From an uncultured Candidatus Saccharibacteria bacterium (lineage in GTDB: Bacteria > Patescibacteriota > Minisyncoccia > 2-02-FULL-40-12 > IGHO2-12-FULL-4), in the NCBI GenBank assembly GCA_964580765.1, contig CAZOKW010000003.1, positions 1-53,396 of the forward strand: a DNA stretch of 53,396 bases, given 5' to 3'. Numbering within the stretch: the first letter of the stretch is position 1; every line of letters starts with the position of its first letter. Below the pieces are notes generated by a model that saw only the letters and a program-made list of their open reading frames with translations, searched no databases and had not been told where the DNA came from. The position numbers were made by a program, and so were the translations under genes. This document shows positions 18,765 through 28,187 of this stretch, piece by piece.

Positions 18765-19022
18765 CTAGCAAGAACGAACAACATTTCTAAAATAACCGTA
18801 TTGACTAAAAGACGATTGCACTTTTGAAATCTTATTTTTCTTTACTAAATTGTCAAGCGCTAATTGTATTTCTTGATCATTTGCAAAGATCAATTTATCT
18901 CTCAATAACGCACCTATGAAATCCAAGGTGGGGTCGCCGCTAGTAGCCAATAGACCGAATATTTCTTCTTCCAGTTCCATCTTTCCAATATCCTTTTTTC
19001 CAACTATAACTTTCCAAGCCAT
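18765..19022 (-). CDS. hypothetical small protein (85 aa)
   Basis: Start assigned at the MAWKV ATG, which has AAGGAG 9 nt upstream. The ORF-track start at 19103 lacks an RBS. Confidence 0.35.
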   Translation of the reverse strand: MAWKVIVGKKDIGKMELEEEIFGLLATSGDPTLDFIGALLRDKLIFANDQEIQLALDNLVKKNKISKVQSSFSQYGYFRNVVRSC

Positions 19023-19090
19023 TAGCCATTTCTCCTTTTGACACAATATCTGTAAAGAACTTTCCCTAATAAAATCATTTAAAACCAAAA

Positions 19091-20143
19091 ATGTCAACTC
19101 CACTGGTTACAATTAATTTAGTCGTTCTCAACGGTAAAAAATATGTCCGCCATTGTTTGAAGGCGGTGCAAGAGCAAACTTATCAGAATCTGGAAGTAAA
19201 TGTTTTTGATAATGGTTCCACCGATGGCACCAAAGAGATAATCCAAAATTGGAAATTGGAAATTGGAAATTGGAAATTGATTAATTTTATAGAAAGTAAA
19301 ATTAATCTCGGCACTTGGCCAGGGCAGGAAAAAGCGATGGAATCCTCACGAGGAAAATATATCGTGGCCCTTTCGGTAGATGTCTTAATGGAACCCACCG
19401 CGATTGAGAAAGCAGTAGTGGTTTTGGAAAAAGACGAAAGCATTGGCGCTCTGGAAGCCAAAATTTTACAATACACAATTGAGGCTAAGCCTCAATTTGA
19501 AGAAGGGGAGATTGTCAAAACAAATCTCATTGACACAATCGGTTTTCAAATTTTCCGCTCCAGAAGGATAACTAATTTGGGCCATGGAGAAGAAGATAGA
19601 GGACAATACAACCAAGAAAAAGAAATTTTTGCTGTAGAAGGAGCAGCGCCCGTTTTGCGAAAATCCGCTCTGGAAGAAATGCGGGTCTTGGGGGAAATAG
19701 CCGACCGGGAAATGTTTTGGTATGGAGATGACTTGGACTTGGCCTGGCGGATGAGATTGTTTGGCTGGAAACAAGTTTACAGCCCGGAAGTGGTGATGTA
19801 TCATGACCGTTCTACCACTAAAGGGGTAAGCCGAGGATGGAAAGATTATCTCTTCAGAGTGGGAGATAGAAAGAAAATTCCTACTTTAAAAAAGCGCCTG
19901 GACTGGCGGAATAAACGGCTGGCCAGAATAAAAAATGACCATTGGCAAAACGCGCTGAAAGACCTTTGGCCTATCGCTTGGCGAGAGCTCCGCGAATTGG
20001 GATATATTGCTCTTTTTGAACCGGCGGTTTTGCTGGAAATCCCCAAACTAATTCGCCTCCTTCCGCGCACTCTTAAAAAAAGGAAGGTGATAATGGCCCG
20101 AGCCAAAGTCGGCCCTAAAGAAATGAGTAAATGGTTTTTATGA
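19091..20143 (+). CDS. GT2-family glycosyltransferase containing a heptanucleotide tandem repeat
   Basis: VFDNGSTDGT and YGDDLDLAWR motifs. (ggaaatt)n at 19233-19268 lies inside the coding region. Confidence 0.7.
   Translation: MSTPLVTINLVVLNGKKYVRHCLKAVQEQTYQNLEVNVFDNGSTDGTKEIIQNWKLEIGNWKLINFIESKINLGTWPGQEKAMESSRGKYIVALSVDVLMEPTAIEKAVVVLEKDESIGALEAKILQYTIEAKPQFEEGEIVKTNLIDTIGFQIFRSRRITNLGHGEEDRGQYNQEKEIFAVEGAAPVLRKSALEEMRVLGEIADREMFWYGDDLDLAWRMRLFGWKQVYSPEVVMYHDRSTTKGVSRGWKDYLFRVGDRKKIPTLKKRLDWRNKRLARIKNDHWQNALKDLWPIAWRELRELGYIALFEPAVLLEIPKLIRLLPRTLKKRKVIMARAKVGPKEMSKWFL
19233..19268 (+). repeat. heptanucleotide simple-sequence repeat, 4 perfect GGAAATT units (about 5 AAATTGG-like units)
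   Basis: aaaattggaaattggaaattggaaattggaaattga. The unit length is not a multiple of 3, so a one-unit change would shift the GT2 frame. Confidence 0.75.
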
Positions 20144-21138
20144 ACAGAAAAAAGAAAATTATATTAATAGCCGGTATGATGATTTTTCTTTACACTATTT
20201 CTACTCTCGGAAAAAGCTCCCGTGTCATCACGGCCGAAAATCCACCCTGGTGGCAAAAAGTCGGCTTATTTTTAAACTTCGGCCTACCCATCTCTTCTTC
20301 TCGGGAGCAAAAAGAAATCCTGGACAAAAACTTCCCCTTACCAACGGAAGAAGAAAATCGCTGGGATGTTTTGATCCTGGGCATTCGGGGATCTGAAGAT
20401 CCGGATGGCGGACTGTTAAGCGACAGTATCTTGCTTTTCAGTTTAAACAAAGAAACGGGAAAATCGGGTTTAACTTCCATCCCGCGAGATATTTACGCGG
20501 AAATGCCCGGATTAGCTAAAGGAAAAGTAAATGAAATTTACGAAAAGGGGATAGCCCGCCGAAAAGCACTTGATTTTTCTAAAGAAGCCTTTTCCCGTTT
20601 AACCGCAATCTACATAGACAATGTGATTATTTTTGATTTCAAGGCCTTTAGGGAAATTGTTGATGCTTTAGAAGGAATAGATCTCAATCTTAAAAAACCA
20701 TTTGAAGAAAAAAACCAATGGGGCTATGAATTTTCTTTGCCAGTCGGTCCAAACCATCTCAACGGCCAAGAAGCCCTTTACTTTGTCCGCTCCCGCTACA
20801 GCACCAGTGATTTTGACCGGTCTTTGCGCCAACAACAAGTTATTTTGGCCATAAAAAATAAAGCGTTCAGCGCCGGAATTTTAAGCAATCCGCTTAAACT
20901 CGGACCTCTTTTAAAAAGCGTCACTAAAAATATCATGACTGACCTGAATATTTTTGACACCGGCCATCTGATTAAATTAGCCAACTCTTTCAACCCCAAA
21001 GAAAATGAGCCGGCTCTCGGCCATCTTTCCACTAATAATATTCTTGACCAGACCTTTCAAGACGATATTTATATTCTCCGGCCGAAAAATAACGACTGGC
21101 AGTTATTCCGAAAGTATTTTAAGGATATATTAAATTAG
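20131..21138 (+). CDS. LytR-CpsA-Psr (LCP) family cell-envelope glycopolymer ligase
   Basis: N-terminal TM helix. DSILLFSLNKETGKSGLTSIPRDIY and NEIYEKG are LCP hallmarks. Confidence 0.7.
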   Translation: MVFMNRKKKIILIAGMMIFLYTISTLGKSSRVITAENPPWWQKVGLFLNFGLPISSSREQKEILDKNFPLPTEEENRWDVLILGIRGSEDPDGGLLSDSILLFSLNKETGKSGLTSIPRDIYAEMPGLAKGKVNEIYEKGIARRKALDFSKEAFSRLTAIYIDNVIIFDFKAFREIVDALEGIDLNLKKPFEEKNQWGYEFSLPVGPNHLNGQEALYFVRSRYSTSDFDRSLRQQQVILAIKNKAFSAGILSNPLKLGPLLKSVTKNIMTDLNIFDTGHLIKLANSFNPKENEPALGHLSTNNILDQTFQDDIYILRPKNNDWQLFRKYFKDILN

Positions 21139-21143
21139 CTATC

Positions 21144-21213
21144 AAGAGGCGGAGGGGAACACTTTTTTTGAGCGCCGTCGAATAAAAAAGTATGTTCACC
21201 AGAGCCTCTGGCG
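21144..21213. repeat. family-1 hairpin element
   Basis: aagaggcggaggggaacactttttttgagcgccgtcgaataaaaaagtatgttcaccagagcctctgg. It is the reverse complement of the copy at 36301-36380. Confidence 0.65.
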
Positions 21214-21218
21214 AGTAT

Positions 21219-22049
21219 ATGACTTTATCAATTATCATCGTTCACTATAAAAATCTTGAGCTTTTAAAATTGTGCCTCAAATCCATCCGAGAGACACTGC
21301 CACTGGAAAATTTAACCTATGAAACATTGGTGATTGATTCGTATGCCCAACCGGAAACCGGAGCGGTCTTATTCGAAAACTTTCCCGAAACAAAATATTT
21401 TCCTTTCAAAAAAAATATCGGCTATGCCGTTGGGGTCAACAGTGGGTTTAAAAATTCCTCCGGCCAATATTGTCTGATCTTAAACCCTGATATTGTTGTC
21501 ACTAAGGGGGCTATCTCTAAAATGCTTGAGCATCTGCAAAATCATCCGGAAGTGGGCCTGCTCGGGCCGCGCCTCCTTGGTTTCAACGGAGAAATCCAAA
21601 ATTCCCGCTTTCGGTTTTATCGCCCCTGGACCATCGCCTGCCGCCGGACATTTTTAGGAAAAAATATTTTAGGCCAAAAAGAACTAAGCCGTTTCAACTT
21701 GGCCAACCTCAATCCTTTAGATCAAATTTATCCCGATTGGATTATGGGTTCAGCCATACTGACTAGACGAGAAACCGTAGAGAAAGTAGGGCCAATGGAT
21801 GAAAGATTTTTTTTGTATTTTGAGGATGTTGACTGGGCCAGAAGATTTTGGGAAAATGGCTTTAAGGTGCTGTATTTTCCTGAAGCAGTCATGCTTCATT
21901 ATCACCAACGCAGTTCCCGAGCCGGATTTGATTTTTTAGATTTTTTCCTGCGCCGGGAAACTCGCTGGCACATTGCCAGTGGCCTAAAATATTTTCTAAA
22001 GCACGGCTGGCGCTATCGGTCAGGAGAAGAACTATATCATGCCAAATAA
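21219..22049 (+). CDS. GT2-family glycosyltransferase
   Basis: Start placed at ATG 21219 (MTLSIIIVHYKN...). The ORF-track start at 21192 lies inside the family-1 hairpin. DXD-type YFEDVDWARR motif. Confidence 0.7.
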   Translation: MTLSIIIVHYKNLELLKLCLKSIRETLPLENLTYETLVIDSYAQPETGAVLFENFPETKYFPFKKNIGYAVGVNSGFKNSSGQYCLILNPDIVVTKGAISKMLEHLQNHPEVGLLGPRLLGFNGEIQNSRFRFYRPWTIACRRTFLGKNILGQKELSRFNLANLNPLDQIYPDWIMGSAILTRRETVEKVGPMDERFFLYFEDVDWARRFWENGFKVLYFPEAVMLHYHQRSSRAGFDFLDFFLRRETRWHIASGLKYFLKHGWRYRSGEELYHAK

Positions 22050-23265
22050 TTTAACACGACGAATCTTGCTAGTAGTTTTAATTGCCGCTCTTTTGGGGAT
22101 TGGTTTTTACAGCGGGGCCAAATTTGAAAAATTTAAAATAAATCAGTCGGTCAACAATGTTGCTACTCAAATTATCAACAAAAACAATAGCCAACCATCC
22201 TCGATTGATTTTGGTCTGTTTTGGACGGTTTTACAAAAACTGGAAGAAAAATTTGTCGATCAAGACAAGCTTACCGACAAAAGTAAATTAGTTTATGGAG
22301 CCATTGCGGGAATGGTTGAGGCGGCTGGAGATCCCTACACCGTTTTTTTGGAGCCGGTGGAAAGCAAAAAGTTTGAAGAACAAATTAACGGTTCATTCGG
22401 CGGAATCGGCATAGAAATCGGCATGCGCAAAAATCTGCTGACCGTGATTACCCCCATCAAAAATACTCCAGCTGAAAAAGCCGGAATTTTGACGGGCGAC
22501 ATCATCATTAAGATTAACGACAAAGATGCCACCAACTTAAAAATAGACGAGGCCGTTACCCAAATCAGAGGCAAGAAAGGCACGGCCGTAAAATTAAGCA
22601 TCCAAAGAGCCGGTCTTAAGGAATCAAAGGACTTCTCCATTGTCCGGGATGAAATTAAAGTGCCCACTGTTGAATGGAAATTACTGGACGGAAACATCGC
22701 CCATCTGCAAATATTTAGTTTCAACCGTAACACCGAAAAGGATTTTAACGGAATCGCCAAAGAAATTCTGGCTTCCAAAGCTGATCGGATAATTTTAGAC
22801 CTCCGCAATAATCCGGGAGGAATTTTGGACTCCGCCATCAATATTGCCAGCTGGTTTCTAGATTCCAACCAAACCGTCGTCATTGAAAAATTTGCCGACG
22901 GCACGGAGACCGCCCTCCGCACCACCAAATCAGCTGAACTAAAAAAATACCCCATCGTCATCGTTACTAACAACGGCTCCGCTTCCGCCTCGGAAATTTT
23001 GGCCGGGGCTCTGCGCGACAACCGCGGCGCAAAAATAATCGGAGAAACTTCTTTTGGAAAAGGGTCGGTTCAGGAATTGGTAGAATTTCCCACCGCCTCC
23101 GGCAAAGCCACTCTGAAAGTAACCATCGCTAAATGGTTTACTCCCAGTGGTATTTCTATCAGCGACAACGGCATCAAACCGGACATTGAAGTCAAACGCA
23201 CTCCGGAAGATATAGAAAAAAATCTCGACCCGCAGTTAGACAAAGCCAAAGAAGTTATAAAATAA
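22039..23265 (+). CDS. ctpA: S41 family C-terminal processing peptidase
   Basis: PDZ segment GIGIEIG...GDIIIKIN. S41 catalytic region ILDLRNNPGG, NGSASASEILAGAL, GETSFGKG. Confidence 0.8.
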   Translation: MPNNLTRRILLVVLIAALLGIGFYSGAKFEKFKINQSVNNVATQIINKNNSQPSSIDFGLFWTVLQKLEEKFVDQDKLTDKSKLVYGAIAGMVEAAGDPYTVFLEPVESKKFEEQINGSFGGIGIEIGMRKNLLTVITPIKNTPAEKAGILTGDIIIKINDKDATNLKIDEAVTQIRGKKGTAVKLSIQRAGLKESKDFSIVRDEIKVPTVEWKLLDGNIAHLQIFSFNRNTEKDFNGIAKEILASKADRIILDLRNNPGGILDSAINIASWFLDSNQTVVIEKFADGTETALRTTKSAELKKYPIVIVTNNGSASASEILAGALRDNRGAKIIGETSFGKGSVQELVEFPTASGKATLKVTIAKWFTPSGISISDNGIKPDIEVKRTPEDIEKNLDPQLDKAKEVIK

Positions 23266-23353
23266 CAAGGGTAAGCGTTTTATTTGCCTTAAATACTAAA
23301 TCATGTTATGGTCTTGTTAAATTTGGATTCTTTAAAAACTTGGGGAAAGATTT

Positions 23354-23599
23354 ATGAAAGAACAAGAAAAACCAAAAATAAAGATGTTTTTGGATATCCC
23401 AAATGCCGCTGAATTGACAGGATTCTCTATTCGTCAATTCCAAAGAATTATTGAGGAAGACCATGTTCCCATTTTTCAAATCAAAAAAAAGTTTTTTATC
23501 CTCGGTCGAGATTTCGAGTTATGGAAGCAGTCTAAAAAACCCAGACATCTTGAAACCCTAAAAAAATTACGGAAATCGAGAAGACCGCGTCTTTACTAA
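23354..23599 (+). CDS. excisionase/AlpA-type HTH DNA-binding protein
   Basis: LDIPNAAELTGFSIRQFQRII...IPIFQIKKKFFILGRDFELW fits the HTH_17/Xis-like pattern. Basic C-terminal tail. Confidence 0.5.
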   Translation: MKEQEKPKIKMFLDIPNAAELTGFSIRQFQRIIEEDHVPIFQIKKKFFILGRDFELWKQSKKPRHLETLKKLRKSRRPRLY

Positions 23600-23602
23600 A
23601 AC

Positions 23603-23628
23603 TACCTGGATTTATCCGGGTTTTTTGT
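23603..23628 (+). terminator. rho-independent terminator
   Basis: Stem cctgga/tccggg, loop ttta, followed by tttttt. Confidence 0.45.
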
Positions 23629-23669
23629 TTTGACAGTATCGATTAGTTTTGTTATCATAATTAAACTTT

Positions 23670-24122
23670 ATGGCTAAGGTAATCTTTCTCCAAAACATCA
23701 GGAATGTGGCTCAAGTAGGGGATATTAAAAATGTGGCGGACGGATATGCCCGTAATTTTTTGTTACCAAGAAAGTTGGCGGTTTTGGCTACGAACAACTC
23801 TCTTAAAATGGCTGAACAGCTCAAACAAAAAAGAGCGCTGGAAACACAAAAAGAAGAAGGGGTGATTATAGAGTTGATTGAGAAACTAACTAACTACACT
23901 TTAAATATTGAAAGAGCAGCTAACGAGGACGGAACCCTCTACGACGGATTGGATTCAGCCGAAATATCCGGCTATTTAAAAAAAGAACATTTTCTGATAG
24001 AGCCCGAGCAAATCAATCTGGAAGCGTCTCTAAAAAAAGTGGGGGTTTACGAAATAGAAATTGAGTTCTCTAAAGATAAAAAAGTAACTCTGAAAATAGA
24101 AATTAAAAAACTGGCCGACTAG
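23670..24122 (+). CDS. rplI: 50S ribosomal protein L9
   Basis: MAKVIFLQNIRNVAQVGDIKNVADGYARNFLLPRKLA. Confidence 0.85.
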   Translation: MAKVIFLQNIRNVAQVGDIKNVADGYARNFLLPRKLAVLATNNSLKMAEQLKQKRALETQKEEGVIIELIEKLTNYTLNIERAANEDGTLYDGLDSAEISGYLKKEHFLIEPEQINLEASLKKVGVYEIEIEFSKDKKVTLKIEIKKLAD

Positions 24123-24135
24123 CCAGTTTTCTAAA

Positions 24136-24197
24136 GCCGACTCATAATACTCGTCGGCATCTCATCTTTTATTTTGCCCCTTCGGGGCTTTTTTTGT
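24136..24197 (+). terminator. tandem two-hairpin terminator module after rplI
   Basis: Hairpin gccgactcataatactcgtcggc, then atctcatcttttatttt, then hairpin gccccttcggggc followed by tttttttg. The same module is found inverted after ndh. Confidence 0.6.
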
Positions 24198-24238
24198 CGT
24201 AGCGCAGACAGCGGACTGTCTGCATCTCAACTTTCAAG

Positions 24239-24535
24239 TTACCCTTTCAGGGTTTTCTCGTTGTAGATAACACTGACAATTTTAACCAAACGGCGGTGGC
24301 CGTTAAATTTGAGCATCCTTTTGGTGGTAAATTTAATCTGGCCGTTTCGCACAGCATAAATAGTATCGTCCTTGCCAAGCCGCGCGCCTGTTCCTGGAAC
24401 AACTTTAGTACCCCGCTGGCGAATAATTATATTGCCGACTCTGGCCTTTTGTCCCCCGGACAATTTTACCCCCAAGTATTTGGGTCGGGAATCTTTACCG
24501 TATTTTCCGGCTCCTATTGCTTTTGTATGTGCCAT
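24239..24535 (-). CDS. rpmA: 50S ribosomal protein L27
   Basis: MAHTKAIGAGKYGKDSRPKYLGVK...GNIIIRQRGTK. Confidence 0.9.
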   Translation of the reverse strand: MAHTKAIGAGKYGKDSRPKYLGVKLSGGQKARVGNIIIRQRGTKVVPGTGARLGKDDTIYAVRNGQIKFTTKRMLKFNGHRRLVKIVSVIYNEKTLKG

Positions 24536-24549
24536 AGATAGGTTATAAC

Positions 24550-24993
24550 TTGAGTAAACTGGAAAGTTCTATTAGAATGTTGTTTATTAAAGACATGTTA
24601 TCAAAATTATTGGAATTTATCAAGTCCAAGCAGGCGGAGGTGGTTTTGGCCATAGGGGTTGTTTTAATAGCCATAATTGCCTTTGAAAGCGGGAAAATAT
24701 CGGCCCTGCGCCGATTCAACGATCCGTTGGAAATAAAATACGCTCCGGCCTCGCCGGCCGGCGGACCGGCCGCCATAACTAATCCGGATTCCGGCACAAA
24801 AACAAATCCCCAAACAAGCCAAAGCCCTCAAAAACTAGATCTGCGTGTCGTCGCCTCAAAAAATTCCACCTTATATCATTTTCTCTGGTGCTCCGGAGCG
24901 CAAAAAATAAAAGAAGAAAACAAAATAACTTTTGCCACCGAGCAGGAGGCGCAAAGCAGGGGATATGAGCTTGCTTCTAATTGCCGAAAATAG
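24550..24993 (+). CDS. hypothetical membrane-anchored protein with an Ada-Zn-like C-terminal motif
   Basis: TM helix VVLAIGVVLIAIIAF, a P/T/S-rich linker, then LYHFLWCSGAQKIKEENKITFATEQEAQSRGYELASNC. Confidence 0.4.
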   Translation: MSKLESSIRMLFIKDMLSKLLEFIKSKQAEVVLAIGVVLIAIIAFESGKISALRRFNDPLEIKYAPASPAGGPAAITNPDSGTKTNPQTSQSPQKLDLRVVASKNSTLYHFLWCSGAQKIKEENKITFATEQEAQSRGYELASNCRK

Positions 24994-25032
24994 TATCTTA
25001 AGTTCCAGAACATTAAATAAAGGAGAGAGCAA

Positions 25033-25518
25033 ATGAACGGAAGAGCCGTAATTAAAACAAACGATCCTAACCTGACAAAGTTAAGCGAGGAACTGATAAA
25101 CAGCGGGGTAATTCAAGTAGTGGGGCAAGTGGCACCTGATACCTGTTGGCTCGATAGCACTCGCTGTCCTTATGGCTACCCCGAAGGAACTTTTGAAAAA
25201 CGACCGGTATCCTGTTTTATGGGAGATGGCGGATGTGGAAAATTGAATGACCATAAATCGGACATAGTAAAATTCTCCGGCAACTTAATTGAAGCGGAGT
25301 CCGAGCCCAAACTTCGAGAAGTTTTTGATAGGTTTGGCATAACTTTATCTAGTGAACTTGTCATGCTGGCGGATGGAGGGGAATATGAAATATCAGAATT
25401 GGAAAAAACGATCTTGGTTGCCGCGGCGAATATTATTGAAAGAGAGGAAAAGAACGAAGACAGAGCGCCGATTGACAATAAAATTATCAGAAGAAAAGAT
25501 TTTGAAGCAGAGTTATAA
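25033..25518 (+). CDS. hypothetical Cys-rich protein
   Basis: 161-aa ORF with CWLDSTRCPYG and CFMGDGGCGK cysteine clusters. No recognisable family. Confidence 0.4.
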   Translation: MNGRAVIKTNDPNLTKLSEELINSGVIQVVGQVAPDTCWLDSTRCPYGYPEGTFEKRPVSCFMGDGGCGKLNDHKSDIVKFSGNLIEAESEPKLREVFDRFGITLSSELVMLADGGEYEISELEKTILVAAANIIEREEKNEDRAPIDNKIIRRKDFEAEL

Positions 25519-25546
25519 TTTGCCAAGCCCTGAAAGGGCTTTTTAT

Positions 25547-26344
25547 TTATCTTATCCGGCTCAACCAGAATTGGTTTTCCCACTCCCAAAGAGTTTTGCA
25601 AGCCAAAAAAGCGGAAAAATCATGATTCTGACCGGGCAATTCTTTCAGCTCCGCTTCTCCGACCATTTCACTCCATTGGTGTTGGCAATTTTTTCCTTTG
25701 CCCTCCGAAGCTTTACTGTGTCCGTCCGAAGCGCTTCGCGAAGGAGGAGCGTAGGAGGGGACTCTTATCTTAGGTGTACCGCCCTTCAAACGCAAAGTAG
25801 CCGGACAATTTAAGCATTTATGGTGCTGGTCCAAACGCAATATCCAGCGGGTCATAGAAGAGGGAAGGCCATTTTCTATCAAGGCCTCCACATAAGCAGC
25901 GGTCTGGATGCCATAATCCCTATAAATGGAATAGGAAGTTTTAATATCTAAAACTCCAAGTTGGCCGTTCACTTCCGCCAAGACATCCAAAGTGCCGGAG
26001 TAGCGGTGCTTTTTACTGACTAATCTTTCCTCGATCTGTTTGGCCGAGACCTGGTTGTGATTTAGAAAATTCATAAAAGCGTCAATAACCGGGCGGATGT
26101 TTTCCGGAATGACCGGCTGCCGGCCGCTTAAAATCGCCTCAACCGTTTCGTGAATTAAAGTTCCTTCTTCCGCCGATTTAGCCTTCATCGCTTCCCCGGC
26201 TTCAAAACTTTCCTGCTCCGCATAAAATTTATAAAGCCCCGGCTTAGCTTTCATGGAAACAATTTGAGTAACCCGCGGATACCAAAAACCATCAATGGTA
26301 TAACCGGAAGCCATCTTAAAATCTTCTAGAGTCCGATAAAACAT
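25547..26344 (-). CDS. PD-(D/E)XK nuclease, Cas4/RecB-exonuclease-like, with an embedded family-3 element
   Basis: GTLDVL...LGVLDIKTS...YGIQTAAY (D, EXK and QxxxY motifs). C-terminal Cys cluster HHKCLNCP...C, interrupted by the element at 25700-25760 that encodes APPSRSASDGHSKASEG. Confidence 0.55.
   Translation of the reverse strand: MFYRTLEDFKMASGYTIDGFWYPRVTQIVSMKAKPGLYKFYAEQESFEAGEAMKAKSAEEGTLIHETVEAILSGRQPVIPENIRPVIDAFMNFLNHNQVSAKQIEERLVSKKHRYSGTLDVLAEVNGQLGVLDIKTSYSIYRDYGIQTAAYVEALIENGLPSSMTRWILRLDQHHKCLNCPATLRLKGGTPKIRVPSYAPPSRSASDGHSKASEGKGKNCQHQWSEMVGEAELKELPGQNHDFSAFLACKTLWEWENQFWLSRIR
25700..25760. mobile_element. family-3 (CCGAAGC) palindromic element inside the Cas4-like gene
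   Basis: gccctccgaagctttactgtgtccgtccgaagcgcttcgcgaaggaggagcgtaggagggg. The central cgaagcgcttcg is a perfect palindrome. It matches 32380-32439. Confidence 0.65.
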
Positions 26345-26406
26345 AATTGAAAAAATTTTAACATAGTGTATAGTTTTTAAAAAGCACCTTAAAAATATGG
26401 GGGATA

Positions 26407-28077
26407 GTGATGATAAGTATTAGCCAGTTATTTTTGGAGAAATTGAGCTGGGGTGGGATGGCTTACCAATATCAACCGGCCATGGTCTTTTTAAAAAAAG
26501 ACGGAGTGGAAATTGAGTACACCTGGTTTGACTACAAAGAGAAAACTCTACAGGCAATGGAGGGCCTAAAAGGACGCGGCCTAAAAGCGGGGGAGTTTGT
26601 AGCCATAATTGCGTTGAATCTTCCCGAGTCATTTTTTGCCATGCTCGGCGCCATTCTAATGAGAGCAGTTCCCGTACCGATCAATGTGATGCTCCTGAAA
26701 GAAAAGGAACAAAAGGAATTAAAAAAGATTTTGGATGATTGTAAACCAGGATTAGTTTTAGGAAACGGATGTTTAAAAAAACTGCTGCCTGAATATTGCA
26801 TTCCCATTGAACAAATAATCTCGGAAGGAGTAGAAAAAATTGCCGGAAAACCTTATGGAAAAAATGTTAATCCGGCTCCCCGCCAAATAGCCATCCCCAT
26901 TGACGAACGAGATCCTCAAGAGATGCTCATCATGCCCTACACTTCGGGCACTTCCGGCCAGCCCAAAGGAGTAATGCTAAGCACTGAAGCCGTCCTTGAT
27001 CGAGTGGCTGCTATTAATGATGCATTAGAAACGATAAAAAACGGCAGGGTTTTGTCTTATCTGCCCCTAGGCCATATTTCCGAACTGGTAGCCACATTTT
27101 TCGGACAAATCTACAAAGGTTACACCATTTATTTCACCGAATACATTGAGGAAATGGTCCGGGATCGAGAAAAGTTTAGGAAAGCCTTTCCGGAAATTTT
27201 ACGACAGGTCCAGCCAACTACTTTTCTGGCCGTACCAAAGGTCTGGATCAATTTTCAAAAAGAAATCCAGAAAAAGATGAACGGGATTGTTCCGCGCGTC
27301 CTAAAACGACTCAAAACGGGTAGAAAACTCCTCATTAAACTGGTGAAGAAAGAACTGGGTTTCATCAACACTCGCATTTTCATCAGCGCCGGTGCGCCGA
27401 TCGATCAAAGCATCATAGAATTTTTCAAAAATCTGGAAATCAATATAGACGACATTTATGGCCAGACTGAAGCTAGTGGGCCGGTCTTAATTAACGGCCA
27501 ACCAATTGGCAATATCCGGGTAATGATCAACTACCACCAAGGCAAAGAAGAAATTTTAGTGCAAGGCAAAAGTTTAATGCTTGGCTACTATAACAATCTG
27601 GAAGCCACTCTCCAAGCCATCGAAAATCTTAATGGCAGTGGAGAACTGGTTTACCACACCGGAGACGCCGGAATCTGGGGAAAAGGACTGGCCCAATTAA
27701 TTTACGCTGGCCGACTGGATGATGGGTTTAAATTAGCCAACGGGGAATTTGTTTCCGCCCCCAAACTTTACGAACTGGAAAATAGACTTAAAAAAATAGA
27801 AGATGTAGAAGAAGCCATCATCTGTGGAGAGGGGAAACCCTTTTTGGTAGCTTTAATTTTCACTAATGGGGATTTTCTACAAAGTTGCACCTTATTTCGC
27901 ACCAAAATCATTAAAAATATCAAAGAACATCTTATTGAGAAAGGGGAGGGTATTTATAAAGTAAAATTTTTTGAACTTCTGGATAAAGATGGGCTGGAGC
28001 TTACCCCAACCATGAAAGTAAGAAGAAAACTAGTCATCAAAAAATTCCAAGAAGTTATTGACCGATTGACCACCTGA
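26407..28077 (+). CDS. AMP-dependent synthetase/ligase (acyl-CoA synthetase-like)
   Basis: YTSGTSGQPKGVMLS AMP-binding motif, then YGQTE, then a C-terminal lysine region. Confidence 0.75.
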   Translation: MMISISQLFLEKLSWGGMAYQYQPAMVFLKKDGVEIEYTWFDYKEKTLQAMEGLKGRGLKAGEFVAIIALNLPESFFAMLGAILMRAVPVPINVMLLKEKEQKELKKILDDCKPGLVLGNGCLKKLLPEYCIPIEQIISEGVEKIAGKPYGKNVNPAPRQIAIPIDERDPQEMLIMPYTSGTSGQPKGVMLSTEAVLDRVAAINDALETIKNGRVLSYLPLGHISELVATFFGQIYKGYTIYFTEYIEEMVRDREKFRKAFPEILRQVQPTTFLAVPKVWINFQKEIQKKMNGIVPRVLKRLKTGRKLLIKLVKKELGFINTRIFISAGAPIDQSIIEFFKNLEINIDDIYGQTEASGPVLINGQPIGNIRVMINYHQGKEEILVQGKSLMLGYYNNLEATLQAIENLNGSGELVYHTGDAGIWGKGLAQLIYAGRLDDGFKLANGEFVSAPKLYELENRLKKIEDVEEAIICGEGKPFLVALIFTNGDFLQSCTLFRTKIIKNIKEHLIEKGEGIYKVKFFELLDKDGLELTPTMKVRRKLVIKKFQEVIDRLTT

Positions 28078-28091
28078 CTTCAAGAAGCTTA

Positions 28092-28112
28092 AAGCCGAAA
28101 TTCGGCTTTTTT
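28092..28112 (+). terminator. rho-independent terminator
   Basis: aagccgaaattcggctttttt. Confidence 0.65.
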
Positions 28113-28187
28113 AGTTATAGGGGATAAAGGAGTTTAAAATATGGACTAGGACGCACAATATACATTTTACGACCTACTATCCTTTTA

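Noticed and set aside
22335-23021. 228-aa minus-strand ORF inside ctpA
   Set aside because: It is antisense to the S41 peptidase, which has clear PDZ and catalytic motifs. The translation has no recognisable features.
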